Shown one piece after another: positions 25,806 to 40,813 of a stretch of 64,000 nucleotides of DNA (position 1 is its first letter; the number at the start of each line of letters is the position of its first letter). Below the pieces are notes generated by a model that saw only the letters and a program-made list of their open reading frames with translations, searched no databases and was not told where the DNA came from. This stretch comes from Octopus sinensis. Its lineage: Eukaryota. The position numbers were made by a program, and so were the translations under genes. Where the stretch lies: NCBI RefSeq assembly GCF_006345805.1, contig NC_043013.1:15748001-15812000 (forward strand), given 5' to 3'.

Positions 25806-26805
25806 CTGATAAATAATAAACCAACAAGTAATTGATGGTACCATAAATTAGAATAAATCTGTACTAATGAGATCTACTCATTTATTTCATAATGACAATT
25901 AGAGGTTTTGCCAAACTGCCTCTCTTTATGCATTTTTTTTTTTTTTATTAAATGGATTTAAAATTTAGTGGCACAAAAACATTAAAGTGAAAAAAAGAAA
26001 ATATTATTAATAGTAAAACTGAATATCTACGGACCATTTACTTTAGAAACTTATGTTTTAAATCTTAATTCGTTAAACACATCAAATGCTTAAATGAAAT
26101 GGGTCAAATGATGGGAAATTCAAGGGAGGCAACACTTCTTTTTACAAAGGGTTTATTTCCCTTCGCAACCTTGAACACTCTTAGCTTCTTCCTTCAACTA
26201 TGCATCAACACGCGTGTTCCTTGATAAAGCCCCCATTCAATCAATAATTTCACACACCAAGAAGAAACAATCGGAATAAAATTAAAATATATAAATTCCA
26301 CCTCCCTACTTCATTTTAGAATAATTACAATTTTGAAATGAAAACCACAAAAATCCAATCGACCTTTATATTAAAAAATAGAAAACCAAAAGTAAAAGAG
26401 AAACTAATAAAATACCTTGAAGCAATTAAAGTACAGTTTATGTCCATAATGGTGGTGTATGATCAGTATGAGATGTTTTGGCGGTCATTTTGGTACCACT
26501 GATTCAATGCTGACTTAGATGCTTTATTGTTGCTCTCATTCTTCTCCCTGCTATCTGTTTATGTCTGTGAGCACATTTCTCGTAATATATATATGAGAGG
26601 GGACATGTTTATGTTGTATTCAATTTAGAAATTTTTAAATTGTAATGTCTCTCTCGCCCTCCATCTGCATGAGCAATTTCTGCAGGAAAATGCATGTTTG
26701 CATCTATGTTAAAAAAGTAGTCACAAAAACATGTTGGATATCCAGTCAGCTGGGCCAAAACATCTGCACTGAACTGTCTCTTTATGCATCAGTGCCTAGT
26801 TTCTA

Positions 26806-26877
26806 GGGTCTAGTTACTTATATAACAATATAATGTAGTATGGGTCTAGTTACTTATATAACAATATAATGTAGTAT
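26806..26877. repeat. Exact 36-bp tandem duplication
   Basis: gggtctagttacttatataacaatataatgtagtat x2. Confidence 0.95.
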
Positions 26878-27082
26878 AACCAGAATTTCAATGTTCTAGA
26901 GAAAGCATAACTAAATGACAAGTGAAACAATACAAAGAGAATTCTTTCCTAACCAAAGACACAATTTGGCCCATTTCTCATTATGACGACCCCTAACACC
27001 TCCACATACAGTTACAAACAAGGAAAACAATATAACTGAGTACCGTTTCTTTGGTTTTCAGATGCTAAGCTAAGCTGTTATC

Positions 27083-27121
27083 ATGAGCACATCTAAAGCC
27101 CTCAGCTTTAGATGTGCTCAT
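27083..27121. repeat. Perfect 17-bp stem, 5-nt loop hairpin
   Basis: atgagcacatctaaagc-cctca-gctttagatgtgctcat. Confidence 0.95.
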
Positions 27122-29371
27122 TATATTTCTCTCTCAGTACAAATATACCGAACACACAATTCCCCAGTTTGTGTTTGTATTTATATCCATTTTACCATGT
27201 TTACTATGAGTCAGACAAATATGTAATTGAGGTACCACTTTACAGCTGAATGTCTTTTCTGTCACTAACTCTTACTGACTTTTACAAGTAAGGAATTTCT
27301 TACTTCAACTAACTTTGAAGGCACAAAGCAAGTAGATGACTTGCTGAAAGAAGTGACATCAAAAATAGTAGCTCATGACTTACATAGAGTACAAATGTGA
27401 ACAAATACATGCATATATAGACAAATCTATGTGTAAATGTACATAAATATTCATACATCTATGGATATAAGCATATACATAAACACACATGGGCTTCTTT
27501 CAATTTTCATTTACTAAATTCACTCACAAGGTCCTGGGACTGTTAGTAGAAAACTTTACCCAAGGTGCTGCACAGTGAGACAGAACCCAAAATCATTCTA
27601 TTGAACAGTCAGCTTCCTAACCATTCATGCCTTTGTACAGAAATTAATCAAAAAGCATCTTTTCCTAATTCCCTGATTTTTCAAAAGATCCTAATGTTTC
27701 TCAATGACCCACGTCTTTTCTACTACTACCACCACTACTTGTGTGTATTTACACTAAGCACCAACATTATCAAACAAGGAACTGATAGCTGACCCTATGG
27801 CACAGTTGAAATACCGAAGCTAGTTATATTTAGGTTACTGCTCTATAAATGCTACCAATATTTCACAATAGTTTAGTGAATAACAACAACAGGGGGTGTT
27901 TAGTTCTTTTGAATTGCTGTAATTGTTTGTAATTTTGTTGGCCGAGATACAAAATGCTTTCATTATTGTTACTATATCAAGCTCTTACAGTGTAAGACAA
28001 TTCAAGCAGAAAACTCAGAGTCTAAAAACAAACCTATACATTGTCACTGAATGAATTTACTTCCTTAGACACAGTCCTAGACAAGTGAAGTTCTTAGTTT
28101 ATCTCTTAAGAACCTCCCCCAGATTATTTAGCTATGAACAGATTAGCCACAGTTTTAAAATCATAACCTAATTATCTTTCATAGATAGAGTACTATTCTA
28201 TTGAAAATAACATTTCCAGATAAGCTGGCAACTCTGATCCTGACATTTAGATAAAGTGAGTGTGGTAAGTCTAGTGCCCTGACCTGAAATACAAAACAAC
28301 TTGTAAGGTGGACTAGGAAACCATCATCAATTGGGAAGACTGATAGTTTATTCTAGCATTCATCCACAAAAATTAAGAACTTGTGGCAGAATAGGTTGAT
28401 GAAATGAGAAGTGAAATAGGAACAGCATATATAAGGAACAATGACCTTCAATAATTGGATAAGTAATGTAATATCTAAGTCTGCATTTTTATCCCTAATT
28501 TCAATAAATGTCAAAAATAATTAACATAGCTATAAATATGATGATGATGCTTTTCTCTCTATAAATCCTAATTCTTATAACATTCCTCTTATAGAGGATT
28601 ATAAATCTTGTAAGTTCTAATTAACCAAAAGAAACACTTTGATCAACAAATAACACCAATTATATATATAATCTATTAAACTAAAAAAAAAGTAACAGGA
28701 AACTTTTACAAAGTGTTTAATCCTAATGATTTCAGTTCAATAAGTAGATATTTCATTTAGGATTGGAGCAAAAAATAACAAGTGACAAAGTTTAATTAGA
28801 TAATGATCAACTGTAATGAAGTTTGTTGAAAATATCTCTATTTAAAGTGGGGGTGGGTGGGAATCAGATCCAGCAAAGAAAGGGATTTTGAAACATGTAA
28901 TAGCTAATGAAAATGTCAAATCTGTTTAAAGAGTTATGAAATATGACTTGCTGTTATAGTTTCTAATATACACCACTCATCATTATTATCCTTATCTATT
29001 TTACAACTAATTTTAGAGGTTAAGCAATGAAGCTAATAGTAGTCAAATAAAAATGTTATAAAAACATTATAAGAAAGAAAAAAAAAATGGATATAAGAAG
29101 GGTGGAGCTTGTTTTAATGCCATGACAGGAATAGAGAGCCACAGACCTTGACATGTAAAGCTGATCTCTAAGTAGATGTGGCATTGGATAAAAATAGAGC
29201 ACTGAAAGTTTACAATATGTAGACTTAAGAAACCCTACACAAAAAGTTGAAACAATAGCCAATAATTCTATGTTGTGAAGCTAACTTTCCTGATAAGCTC
29301 ATCTAAGAAGCAAAACAAAAGCTATAAAAAGGAACAGATTTTTGATATTTCGAAATATCAATGAATTTTAC

Positions 29372-29395
29372 CTGGTGCCTCATGATAAGTTTCAA
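29372..29395 (-). CDS. 24-nt phase 1-1 microexon: (V)ETYHEAP
   Basis: tgttttttgcttttatttcatttgattatcataag|TTGAAACTTATCATGAGGCACCAG|gtaaaa; long pyrimidine tract, but the acceptor is the less common AAG. Confidence 0.55.
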
Positions 29396-30911
29396 CTTAT
29401 GATAATCAAATGAAATAAAAGCAAAAAACACATGCAGTGTTTACTGAGATCAATGCTACTTCAAGCTAATTATTTTGGCCCAAAGTCGTCCAGGCCATGT
29501 CAAACTTTATGGCACCACTCAGATGCAGTAATTCTTTGAGAATTATGATCATTATCCTCATTAAAAAGTTTAAGAATTTTAGATAGAAAAATGGAAAAAC
29601 TGATGAATAATATTTAACAATCTTAGGATAAATCTTGTTTACAATAAATTTTAAATAATTCCACGAAACTGTATGTAAATTATACAATTCCATTAAAACT
29701 GTTTATCATCTTCATTTCACCAGACATATAACAAGATCAATAAACTTAGTCATAGTAACAGTAAGTAGGCTTATCAGTGAATTAGTAGGACTGCAGAAAA
29801 ACATGTTGACTACAACTAACACTTAAAATAGGGGCAGAAATCCAGATGTTAATAATTAACATTTTAAGTTATCTTAATAATAGGAACAAGTAAATGAATT
29901 TTAATCATTAATTATTATAAGGCATAGGCATCAGTTCATTCAAACCAAATCTATATTGGATCAAATGGAGTGTTTGATCAAGGTAAACAAGAATACATTG
30001 CTACTTTTGGAGGCAAGCTTTATGAAATATACTACTTGTATTTAAGAGGACATAACCAACACAAGTGACAAGTGTGCCTTAGAGAAGGCATATACACTCA
30101 TTACCAATTGCATCTACAAAGGAAGAGAAGATGTATCAAAAGATCACATACTTCAGTGTAGTAAAACCAATGAACATTTAAGTGACCATGTTATAAAGAA
30201 CTCAGTAATCCGTCCATTTTACTTGAATCATTGCCGATTCAGATAAACAAGCTCAAAAACTATTGAATGAACCCAAATATAATTTGAATGTACCTAGATG
30301 AGTGAAATGCAAATTTCTGATAGGATTTGAACTAAAAAACAGAAGATGCCCAACCCAACACCAGTATCATTTTCATTAACTTTAAGATCAGAAATATTCA
30401 GCATTATGACCATTTTACAACTGTCATAAAATAATTTTATAGCAGACAACTAATGGCTGAGTTAAAACTATTAATCGAAAATCATTTCTCCAAGATACTT
30501 CAGCATTTGTTTATTGGTGCTGGTAGATTTCTAAGCTATTACTCCCTAATTAGCTAAGTTTGATACAAATGAGAGCTCTTAATCAATTATTGGTTGATCA
30601 CTGGGGATATTTCATCAACAAGTAATATGCTAAGGGAAGGTCAGCTGATGGAAGTTTTGATTCTGTCTAGAAATTATAGATACAGCAGTAAATAAACTGA
30701 TGCAACAAAGAATCAAATCCATGTCAAAGACTTGGCCCAGCATCAGTTTTCCTCCCAGACTTTTACTCTTCCTACAATAAGCTTGCGTAAATTGCTTTTG
30801 AAGCAAACTTTTCCACACAGGGATGGAATTGCACTGGCAGTATAACCTATTTTGCATTGAGGAATATTTACCAGTTGGATGAAGCACAAAAGGTAAAATG
30901 TAAAAAATAAA

Positions 30912-31125
30912 AACCCTGGCACTCCGTCAGTTACAATGATGAGGGTTCCAGTTATCTACAGAACAGCCAGCTTGTGAAATTAATGTGCAAAGTGGCTGAG
31001 CACTCTACAAACATATGTACCCTTAACATATTTCTCAGGTAGATTCAGTGTGTCACTAAATGTGACAAGATTGGCCCTTTGAATTACAAGGAAAACTCAT
31101 TTTGCCAGCAGAGTGGACTGAGTGG
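30912..31125 (+). mobile_element. Interspersed repeat (SINE body); inverted partial copy at about 57960-58070
   Basis: gtggctgagcactctacaaacatatgtacccttaa vs reverse complement at 57970-58020. Confidence 0.55.
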
Positions 31126-32924
31126 ATGAAGCACAGCTAAGAAAGAAATCCCATGAGGTTTATACCATATTTCTCTCAGATAATTTACTGGACTTTATGT
31201 GGTCTGAGATTTTGACAATAATTATCAACAAACAGTCAAGACTATAATGAAATGTGCACCTTATACACTATTGAAAATTAAAATATTCACTTTATAAGCA
31301 ATCTCTCATAATACTCTGAACTGTATACGCTTTGTTTTAGTAAATGCTCTAAGATTACTTGTTAATGAAGTAAAACCTGCTGTTCATGTCCCACTACTGA
31401 TATTTTAAACTAATGATCATAAAGTCACTTTCCCCTAATTACTTCACCATACTGTCTCTTTGCTATCACTGAGATTTAAGCCAACCACACCTCAAGATTA
31501 TTACTGATGCACCGTACTTCAAAGTTACTAAAAATACTGAAATAGCACTGTATCCAATGTACAAAACAAACATACATAAAACAATTTTCATGTCACTTTA
31601 TAGAAAGGTAATATAAGTGTATGAAAGTAATTTTTGGCAATTTTAAAAACTTGATAAATTAGGATGAAGTAAATCAAGTTTGTTAAAATATACATAGTGG
31701 GGAAATTATACAAAGATTTTAAATGGATAGAATCTCAATTTTTTAAGCTAATATTGGGGGGAACTAGCAGAATATGATAGTTTCAACTCCCAGAGTTTAG
31801 GTAATTAATAATTTAGAAAAGTTTAGCATAATTAGAATAACTGACATCACACTGGTACTAGTTAAAAGATAAAATAACAGAGAGAAACAGATATAAAATG
31901 TAAGGACAGGTCTATGAATATAGGGGGGTGGGGAAGAAAAAACACTGAAGGAAAATATAGTTCCATAAAGAGAAAATAAACACCAAACACTTTTATCGTT
32001 ATTATTATTATTATTTTTTTTTTTTGTAATGGAGAAAAAAAAAATCAATAATACACATCCAATGAAACTAATTACTTACACACAGTCCAGAAAACATATG
32101 TAAGAATAAGAAATAGGGAAATAAAAATTTGTTTTTAATATTAAAAAACAAAAAAACAAAAACAAAAAAAAACAAGGAAACATGAATAAAACTGAATGAC
32201 GGAGAGGGAGAGATTAATAACTAAGATAATATTAGTGTAAAAAAAAAAAAATGATGCAAAATGAAGTTGAAAGCAGTACTCAAGAGAAATTATCTTGTAA
32301 GCTTTAAGCAACTAACAAGCATTCAAAAGAGAATCAAAGAAACAAGTTTTCATTTAAATAATATATTCATGGCAAATTATAAAATTAATGTTAATTCTAT
32401 ATAAAATGTGAACTGCTATTAGCCATATCTTTTGATAGTTATGCTCAACAATAAATGTTTGCCTTGTGGAATTCTCTTCATGTTGTCATCTTGTAAAACA
32501 ATCATTTAAAATTCAGTATGCACTGTTCACAAACAGAATCCACAATCCAACAAAACAAGATTATAGTCACTTAGCAGTTTTAATGTTTCAATGACTTCAA
32601 ATAATCTCCAGGTTTTATCAACCCCACCCCTCACAAGCTATTTTGTATATAGAATATTTTATGAGGTTTCCTCTCAGAATTCACTGTAGTTTTGCAGAGT
32701 CAATAAAAATTCTGGTTTAATAAACAGGAATTCATTTTCAACTAGGCATTAAGTGAATGAATAAATACATTTTCTTGATAAATTAAAAATTTCTTGAAAT
32801 CCTGAACTCGTTGCATTACATTACATCTAATCATTTCATCAAAGTGAACTGTCTCATTTTCTACAACAATAACACTGGTCTAAATGCTTCAATTCCAATA
32901 GTAATGTTGTTAGTCGAAGAGACT

Positions 32925-33050
32925 AATGATTAACTACTCCAAATTTAAATATGTTAATGCATTAACTACCGTAAATTTTAAATGTGTTAAACTACTGCAA
33001 ATTTCAACATGTATTAATGTATTAACTACTCCAACATTAGTGCATTAAGA
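32925..33050. repeat. Degenerate ~30-bp tandem repeat
   Basis: Recurring attaactac...aaat...tgttaa. Confidence 0.6.
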
Positions 33051-36000
33051 TAAGTGTATTAGTGTGTTAATAAAATGTATTTGTGTATTAAACAAGATGT
33101 GTCAGTACATTAACATCCAATGCAAGTATTTCTAGAAATAGAGCTTAAAGGAACAAAAACATTTATACTGAACAACTTAATAAAAAATAGAAATCTGTTG
33201 TTACTGGATGGAAGTGAAGTTAGTTACATGAAGATAGATTTAAAAGAAGAAACATTTAATATTTAGTTATTATTTATGTGATCAGACAATGTTTATTTGT
33301 TGCTATCAATTCAATAAAATAAAACAGACACACCTACACTCAAACATTTTGCAAATCTAAAACCCTTTGTATTTTACGTATTTATAATTACTTCAAAACA
33401 TATTTCTCTGAAGAGAGAAAAACTAACACAGGAGGAAACATGGTTAGGATTGAATAAACAGGATAAGAAAATGGTTTTAAATGCACCACCGTAAGTGCAA
33501 TAAAGCTAGTCCAGCAACAAAAATATCATTAAAAATAAAACCAATAACAATATACAATATAAAATAAGTGAGAAGAACAAACAAACAAAAAGGAAAAAGT
33601 TTACTAACTGAAGAATAAGTATTGCAAAGCAGAAAAGTAAAGTTGGTTCCTGCAGAAAATGTGTGGAAGAGAAAGAAAAGGGAAGAATTCTAAAGAGATT
33701 TAGTAGTGAAATGATCAGAGGGTAATTTTTTTTTTCCTTCTAAGATGAGATTACAATAAGTTGTCAGCAGAGCTCTGCCTTGTACAAGAGAACAACATTC
33801 CATCATTAATCTGCCTTGACTTCCACAAGAGACTACTATTTTAATATTACCATAACTAGACACTTAAATCAAGTACCAGTGGTTTATTCACCACTACAAA
33901 TTACATTTCATTTTATAACATTAATTATAATATGAATAAAAGCAAGAATGAAATCAAGCATTTTAATGATGGCATGATGCTTTTGGTGGCTTGTTACTAT
34001 GTGTTAAATTTATTAAGCTAAGTCAGTATTTTTTGCGATTAAAACATTAATCCCATTACAAGATGTGCTTATTGGTAAGAGTTGGTAAAAATGTCTAATA
34101 ATTAATTTAAAAAAATTCATAGTAGATAACTTACAATAAATCAAAACATATAAACAGTTTATAAAAATATGTAGATAAAAATGACTGCACGGCATGAACA
34201 CACAATGTGAAAAGATGAAGCATTATAAATTATAAGCAGAAGATGAAGCTGGGTAGTGTTGGATTGTATACAAAATATTTAGGGTGGGGGTAGGAGACCT
34301 GAAGTTAAAGATGGCATTGTGTAAGTGTGAAAGAGAATGTTTTGTGTGTGTGTGTGTGTGTATGTGTTACACCTCCAACCGGTTAGCCAGATGATGAACC
34401 TTTACATTCAAGGTAAACATAGACAGAAGCCAGGTACCAGATGACTTGTTTGGATTCATTAACACTGGCCAATAGAATGCCATAATCTTTACTGTAGAAA
34501 GTTTCAGAAGGTCATCTACATTTGCAATACTTCAGTATCAGCTCTACTTTATAAACACACTGATTTAATACTCGTTAATTAAACACTTAACTTGGCTTGA
34601 GTTTTATTTCTTAACATAGATCACTGAATTATTTTTTATATTACATTGACATCCAGTTTTATAAAAATCTTCCTTAGCTGCATCAATGTTGCTTGTCAGT
34701 CTCATATCTAAAAGAGGAACACTCTAAAGTGATGAGGTAATAATCTTTGACACAGGACACACTAACAATACATGTTGATGTAGGGAGGGGGTCTGAGCAG
34801 ACAAAAGAATGACTAACAACTTACATGAGACTGCTCAACCAATACAGGCATAATGAAAACATAACTCAAATGAACCAATGCCATCAATTTGCATGAATCA
34901 GGTGCAATATATTAATTTCTGAACACAGTATATTCTTAATCAATTGAAATTTCCCAACAAAATCTAGTGGCATTAGAAAGCAGGAGATAATTTCAAGAAA
35001 TTAAGAATCTTTCAAAGTAAATTTAACAGTTGGAAGTTTGATCTTTGGAGGTCATGTTCACACACACAAACACCATGAGAAATGGCAGAGTGACAGCAAC
35101 ATGCTGGACATCCCAACTCATAAGCCAATATGGACAAGGCAGATCTATTTCTAAATACTTCCAGGATAGTTAGCTGTAAAATATACTTAATACACAGAAA
35201 TAGATTACATGTATGAAGCTTCCAACTCATAGAAACAAGAGGAAGTGAAAAAACAAAAACAAATGCTATTCATGATTTTGAAGATTCAGAAATTTACACA
35301 AGTTGTTGGTGAATGTATTTTACAGTGAGGAGACTTTTCCAACAGTTACCCCTCAATAAACTGGGATAAGTTCATTCAGCTAGATTAACAGAAGAATGCA
35401 ATGAAAAATGGTCTTGTCAATAAGTTTGACTAGAGTTTGGTTGACCAGCACCTTAGTCACTATAAACACACACAACTTCCATACTTTTTTTTTTTTCAAT
35501 CGTATAATTTAAGCACTGCCTATAGCAATTTAGAATTTTCTTGGGAAGAAAAGAAAAAGAAAACAGCTAAATAATCTAAAAGCATACACATTTCATGTGG
35601 ATTAATTTGTAAGATAATGTTAAAAAAAGGGTAAACACATTTTCTATTCAGCTAGTAAATTTGCACGCACTCACATAGACACACAAAAGATCAGTCAGTC
35701 AGTATGTAGATAGAAGAGATGTTAAGATGTTAAGCAGGGCTAACATCTACAAAACTCAGAAAGATGAACAAATGGAAATCAGCAAACAAATAGCAAGCAA
35801 TATTTCAACCATTTAGCATGACGGATATGTCTGTAAAGTTGATAGAAAACAGAGACATGCTAACAACATATTAGGGAGAGAAAACAGACACATACAGAAA
35901 CATCTGTCTTGGCTGCAGAAATAAGTTTGCATAAATTGATCAGTTGTAAGGAATGCAAAGCTAAAAAACAAATTATCAGAGCTAGAAAAAAATATATATT

Positions 36001-38150
36001 AGCTATACAAAATTTAATTAGTAATTTTTTTTTTTAAATCAAAGTATTAGTTACAGAATTTTCTGCATATGAATTACAGAATTAATAAAAACAGGATTTA
36101 ACAGTAATCCAAACGGTGCATAATAGTTGACAATTTGTCAGACAGTCTCACAATGACTTAAAAAGAAGCATAGCCACACAATTCATTTACTTTTAACTGA
36201 TGTGAAAATATATTTCTATAGGATCTTACCTGGATAAAACTGGGAATTTATTTATTTATTTATAGATTATTTTTGTTGTTTTGGACATGTATAACACAAG
36301 TTTAACAAAAATTATGAAAACAAAAAGTTGGAAATTAAAAGCCATGTTAATAATAATGAAAATTTGAAGGAAAAAGACATTAAAAGCAAAATTATAAATA
36401 TAAATAAAAAAATTTTGGAGAACATTGTAAAAAAAAATCCAAGTGGTTCGTTCTTCCCCCACCACTTCCATCTTTTCAGGTAAAATTTTTAATTTTAAGA
36501 ACATTTAATTGAGAGCAAATAGAACAAATGTTAAGACAATATGTATATGAAGTGAAGATAACTATTCCTAAAACAGATGGAATAATTGGTCTGGCTTGAT
36601 ACTCTGAGTAGCTACTAACTGTATGGAATATAAACAACCTAACATCCTCATTAAAATGCAACAACAGTTCAACTCTATAATATTTTCCAATAAGAATCAG
36701 ATTTGTGCATTTCTTGTTTCAGATATCTCATTTACATCAGATCAAATTTCACTCGAGAAGTAACCTGACATGTGCAACTGCACACATCTGCCTATCCAAT
36801 ACACACACACACACAAAGTTCAGCTGTTGTAAAAAGATAGGGATCAATGATTATTTTGAAATCAATTCATAATATGGAATATTTCAAATAATACTGATAT
36901 AAGAACTGGCAATACACACACACACACACACACACACACATATTAGTAACCAGAAAACCTTATTTTATTGTAGTTAGCATTAAATAATGCAAAACTAGGC
37001 AAAACCAGCCAGGTTGTGTGGTTACTACAAAGAGGGAGAAGAAATAGTAAAAGATTCAGATTTTAACAAATATCTACAGAGTATTTAGAAGGAAGAAGGA
37101 AATGTTTCTAATCTCTCTCACACACAGACGGACACATTTTGGTATATACAACACTGAAATATTTAAAATTGATTTTCTCTCATTGACAACTGTCATGCTA
37201 CTATTCTACAAGAAGAAGTCAACTTCAAATTATCAACTGTAAATTTACATCTAATTATAAATAATCTATATTTATTTAACCACAAAAGTATTTCTTTTCA
37301 ATAAACTTCTTTCAGAAATGTTCGTTATATTTGAGAATATAACTTAAACTGGTGGAATTATTACTTGGGACGCCTAATCGCAAAATACCATCCAATTCTG
37401 ACAACTACATTTAAAGAGAGTTAACCAACATATCATTTTAGAGACATTTCCAAAGTAAATCTATAATATAATGTTTGTTAATATTCGGAAATAATTCATA
37501 TGGTACCTTTGATAGCTTCAGTCTCTGAGGGGAAGAAAAGAAAACATTACAGCAACCAATCATGCACAAGAAATTCAAATGCAATATAAAACAGACATGC
37601 AAAACTATGAAATATCAATAGCTACGGACAAATAGCATAGTGCAAAAATGCTGGTGTCTTTGCCTACATTACAAGCACAGATTATTTCAAATTGTTAGTC
37701 ATATTATAATGAAAAAGAAAACAACATTTTTTAGTAAAGGCTTTCCAACTGAGCTGGTCTGCAAACAGATTTGCAAGAAAGGGGACGTGGGATGACCAAT
37801 TGAAGCTAGGTTTCTAAAAATAATTTTACAAATGTATACAGCTGAAATAATATAAGGTGCACTTATTATTTCTAAAGTTATTTAAAATATTCATAACAGT
37901 TTTAAAATATACACACAAACATACATTCATATACATAAGCACGCAAACATACACATCTACAAACGCATGTATACACACACAGGGAGAAAGAGAATGTGAA
38001 GGGAGATGTGTGAAATCCAGGTAATTACCTCAGTACTCATGCGAATCCTGGATTACATCTTTTATTCATTTCGTATATATACACATATACATACATATCA
38101 TACATACACACACACACATAAATGTAAATATACACATATATGCATACATA

Positions 38151-38992
38151 CAGGGTGTTCTGGCTAAATTTGATGACTTTTTATATCTCCTTTTTTGGTG
38201 AACAGTCAACAGTGTTGAAGGGCATAAAGATTAAAGTTTAGTTAGAAAAAGAAAATTAGCTGAGATGGTGAACTGGAAACCATCTAAGTAGTGGAAAAGA
38301 ATTAACTGTATAAAGATGATTTATGCCAGATATCAAAGTGCTGACATTATGGCATATGGCTGCTGTTCAATGTTCCATGAACACTAAAGGCTGCCAGACA
38401 TGATGTGGACAGCTGCAACAGAGACTACTAAGTTATGACCAACAGGAAGGATACAGCAGGCATTCTGACTGCATCCACACACTGGAGTTCATCCAACAAC
38501 TGCAGGACAAGGTGATGGAAGATCCAAGCAAGGGAACCTAGGCTTTGGTAATGGAAGATGGATGTTGGCATCCCCACCATAAAACTGGCCCTGAATAACG
38601 ACCTTCACTATCACTTGTACAAAAGGTGCAAGGGACAAATTCTGACAGCCAAGGAGAACTGCTTGACAAAGGAAAAGAAGCTCCTAAAAATGGATCTTCT
38701 TAAACAAAAAACTTCAGTCAAGACAAGTTGCACAACACCCAAAACAAGCTGATGGCAATATCAAGAAGTTTATTGAAGATCTTCTCAAGGATAAAGTGAA
38801 GAATGCATATGCCCGATTCCAGAGCCATCTTGAGGCCAGGGTGGCTGCTGAGGGTGGCTACTTTGAGTAAACTGCTATCTCCCAGTCATCCAGTTGATAT
38901 TTTTTGATTTTTTAAATACTTTTGTTTTCGGATGGGATATTGTATTTTCTTTTCTTTTTATGCAAACTGTCAAATTTAGCCAGAACACCCTA
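38151..38992 (+). mobile_element. Internally deleted Tc1/mariner (maT-like) element
   Basis: TIR cagggtgttctggctaaatttga matches 22/23 at 38970-38992; TA at left; remnants YKRCKGQIL and NAYARFQSHLEARVAAEGGYFE*. Confidence 0.85.
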
Positions 38993-38994
38993 CA

Positions 38995-39190
38995 CAAATA
39001 TTTATATAAATATATTCATACATATACACACATATATACATAAATTCATATATATATATATATACATATATATATACATATATATATATACATATATATA
39101 CATACATATATATACATATATATATATATATAATATACATATATATATATATACTATATATATATACATATTATATATACATATATATAC

Positions 39191-39229
<39 letters not shown>

Positions 39230-39317
39230 CTATATATATATACATATATATACATATATATACATATATAATATATATATATATATATATACATATATTA
39301 TATATATATATATACAC

Positions 39318-39350
<33 letters not shown>

Positions 39351-39533
39351 TATATATACATATATATAACATATATATATATACATATATATATACACAT
39401 ATATATATACATGTATGTGTATGGCTATATGCACAGAAACTCACAAACACAAATATATATTTTTGAAATATTTGTGTGCATGGGTGTATATATATATATA
39501 TATATAGATAATATATATACATATATATAAAAC

Positions 39534-39564
<31 letters not shown>

Positions 39565-39800
39565 ATGCTTATATATAAATATATATATAACATATATGCA
39601 TATAAAACATATGCTTATATATGTACATAACATATATGCATATAAAATATATGCTTATATATGTATATAACATATATGCATATAAAATATATGCTTATAG
39701 AAATATATATATATATATATATAAAACATATGCTTATATATAAATATATATATAACATATATGCATATAAAACATGCTTGTATATATATATATTATATAT
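38995..39800. repeat. ~800-bp TA/CA microsatellite grading into a ~40-bp minisatellite
   Basis: (TA)n with ca interruptions; unit tataaaacatatgcttatatatgtacataacatatatgca repeated from about 39530; source of the YI-rich false ORFs. Confidence 0.95.
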
Positions 39801-40789
39801 GAGGCACTGACACTTAAAATGTAAAACAAATCTGTATAAGTAAACTGTAAAATGGTTTGTTTGGAACATCTGAATGCTATTGAAAAACTTATGCTATAAG
39901 TTTTTCAAATGCAGACCAGCAAAAGAAGGAGAGTTTTAGATTTTTCACACCTTTCATCACTAATTTGGCTTCATGCCCTTAGATATAAATATGTAAATAA
40001 ATGCTATGGAAATTTCCCAGAAAAAGCATCCAGAAAGTAAAACGTTGAAAACCCTTGATATTTTCTTTTCCAAAGAACTAAACAATATCCAAGGTTAAGA
40101 ATCTGAGGCATAAATTATGTGAGAAAAATGTTTGTATGATCAATTTATAAATAGTTAAAATTACTTACATTAATACTTGAGAAATTTTAAAACTAAGAAC
40201 AAAATAGTTGAAACATTTATCATAGTGATAATATAAAGAGGTTAGTTGAAGGTTTTAGAGTTAAAATTAGTGAGCAAAATATAAATTAAGCGAAATAAAA
40301 ATTGTATTATATTTCAGTTAAGGTAGGGAATATGATTATGAAATAATTATAACACTCAGTATATCAATTTTATTGCATCCTACAAGTAATTGAAAGAGAA
40401 AATGAAGTTACTTTTTTTCGGTAAGTAGAATAAATACTTTCTATAGAATTCCAATTCAACTTCAGCAAAGTTACAGACATTTTAAATAAATTATTACAAG
40501 GTGAACTAATAAAAATAACAGTAAGCTATCACTACTTTTCTATTTAACGCAATAATGAAAGCAACTGACAGGATAAAGAGTACAAACACTATTGTTACTA
40601 AGCTACAACTTGGAACACTTTTCCTATCAAAATATTCTTGAATGTGTTAATACACTGTTGTGACATCGAAGAGACAAAATTTAGTTTTTTGATAGACAAA
40701 TAGGTGTGTGCGTGTGTGTGTGCATGTGTGTGTGCGCGCGGGAGATTTTGATACTGATAACTGTACAGGCAGTCTATTTTCCTTGTTAC

Positions 40790-40813
40790 CAGGAATCAAA
40801 CTCATTTTGACAA
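40790..40813 (-). CDS. 24-nt phase 1-1 microexon: (V)VKMSLIP; a possible upstream acceptor gives an in-frame 66-nt form
   Basis: gtcttctgtttccag|TTGTCAAAATGAGTTTGATTCCTG|gtaaca; alternative acceptor tttttattttctaag| 42 nt upstream. Confidence 0.55.

Noticed and set aside
38922-39869. Long YI/IY-rich ORFs (up to 202 aa)
   Set aside because: Translations of a TA microsatellite
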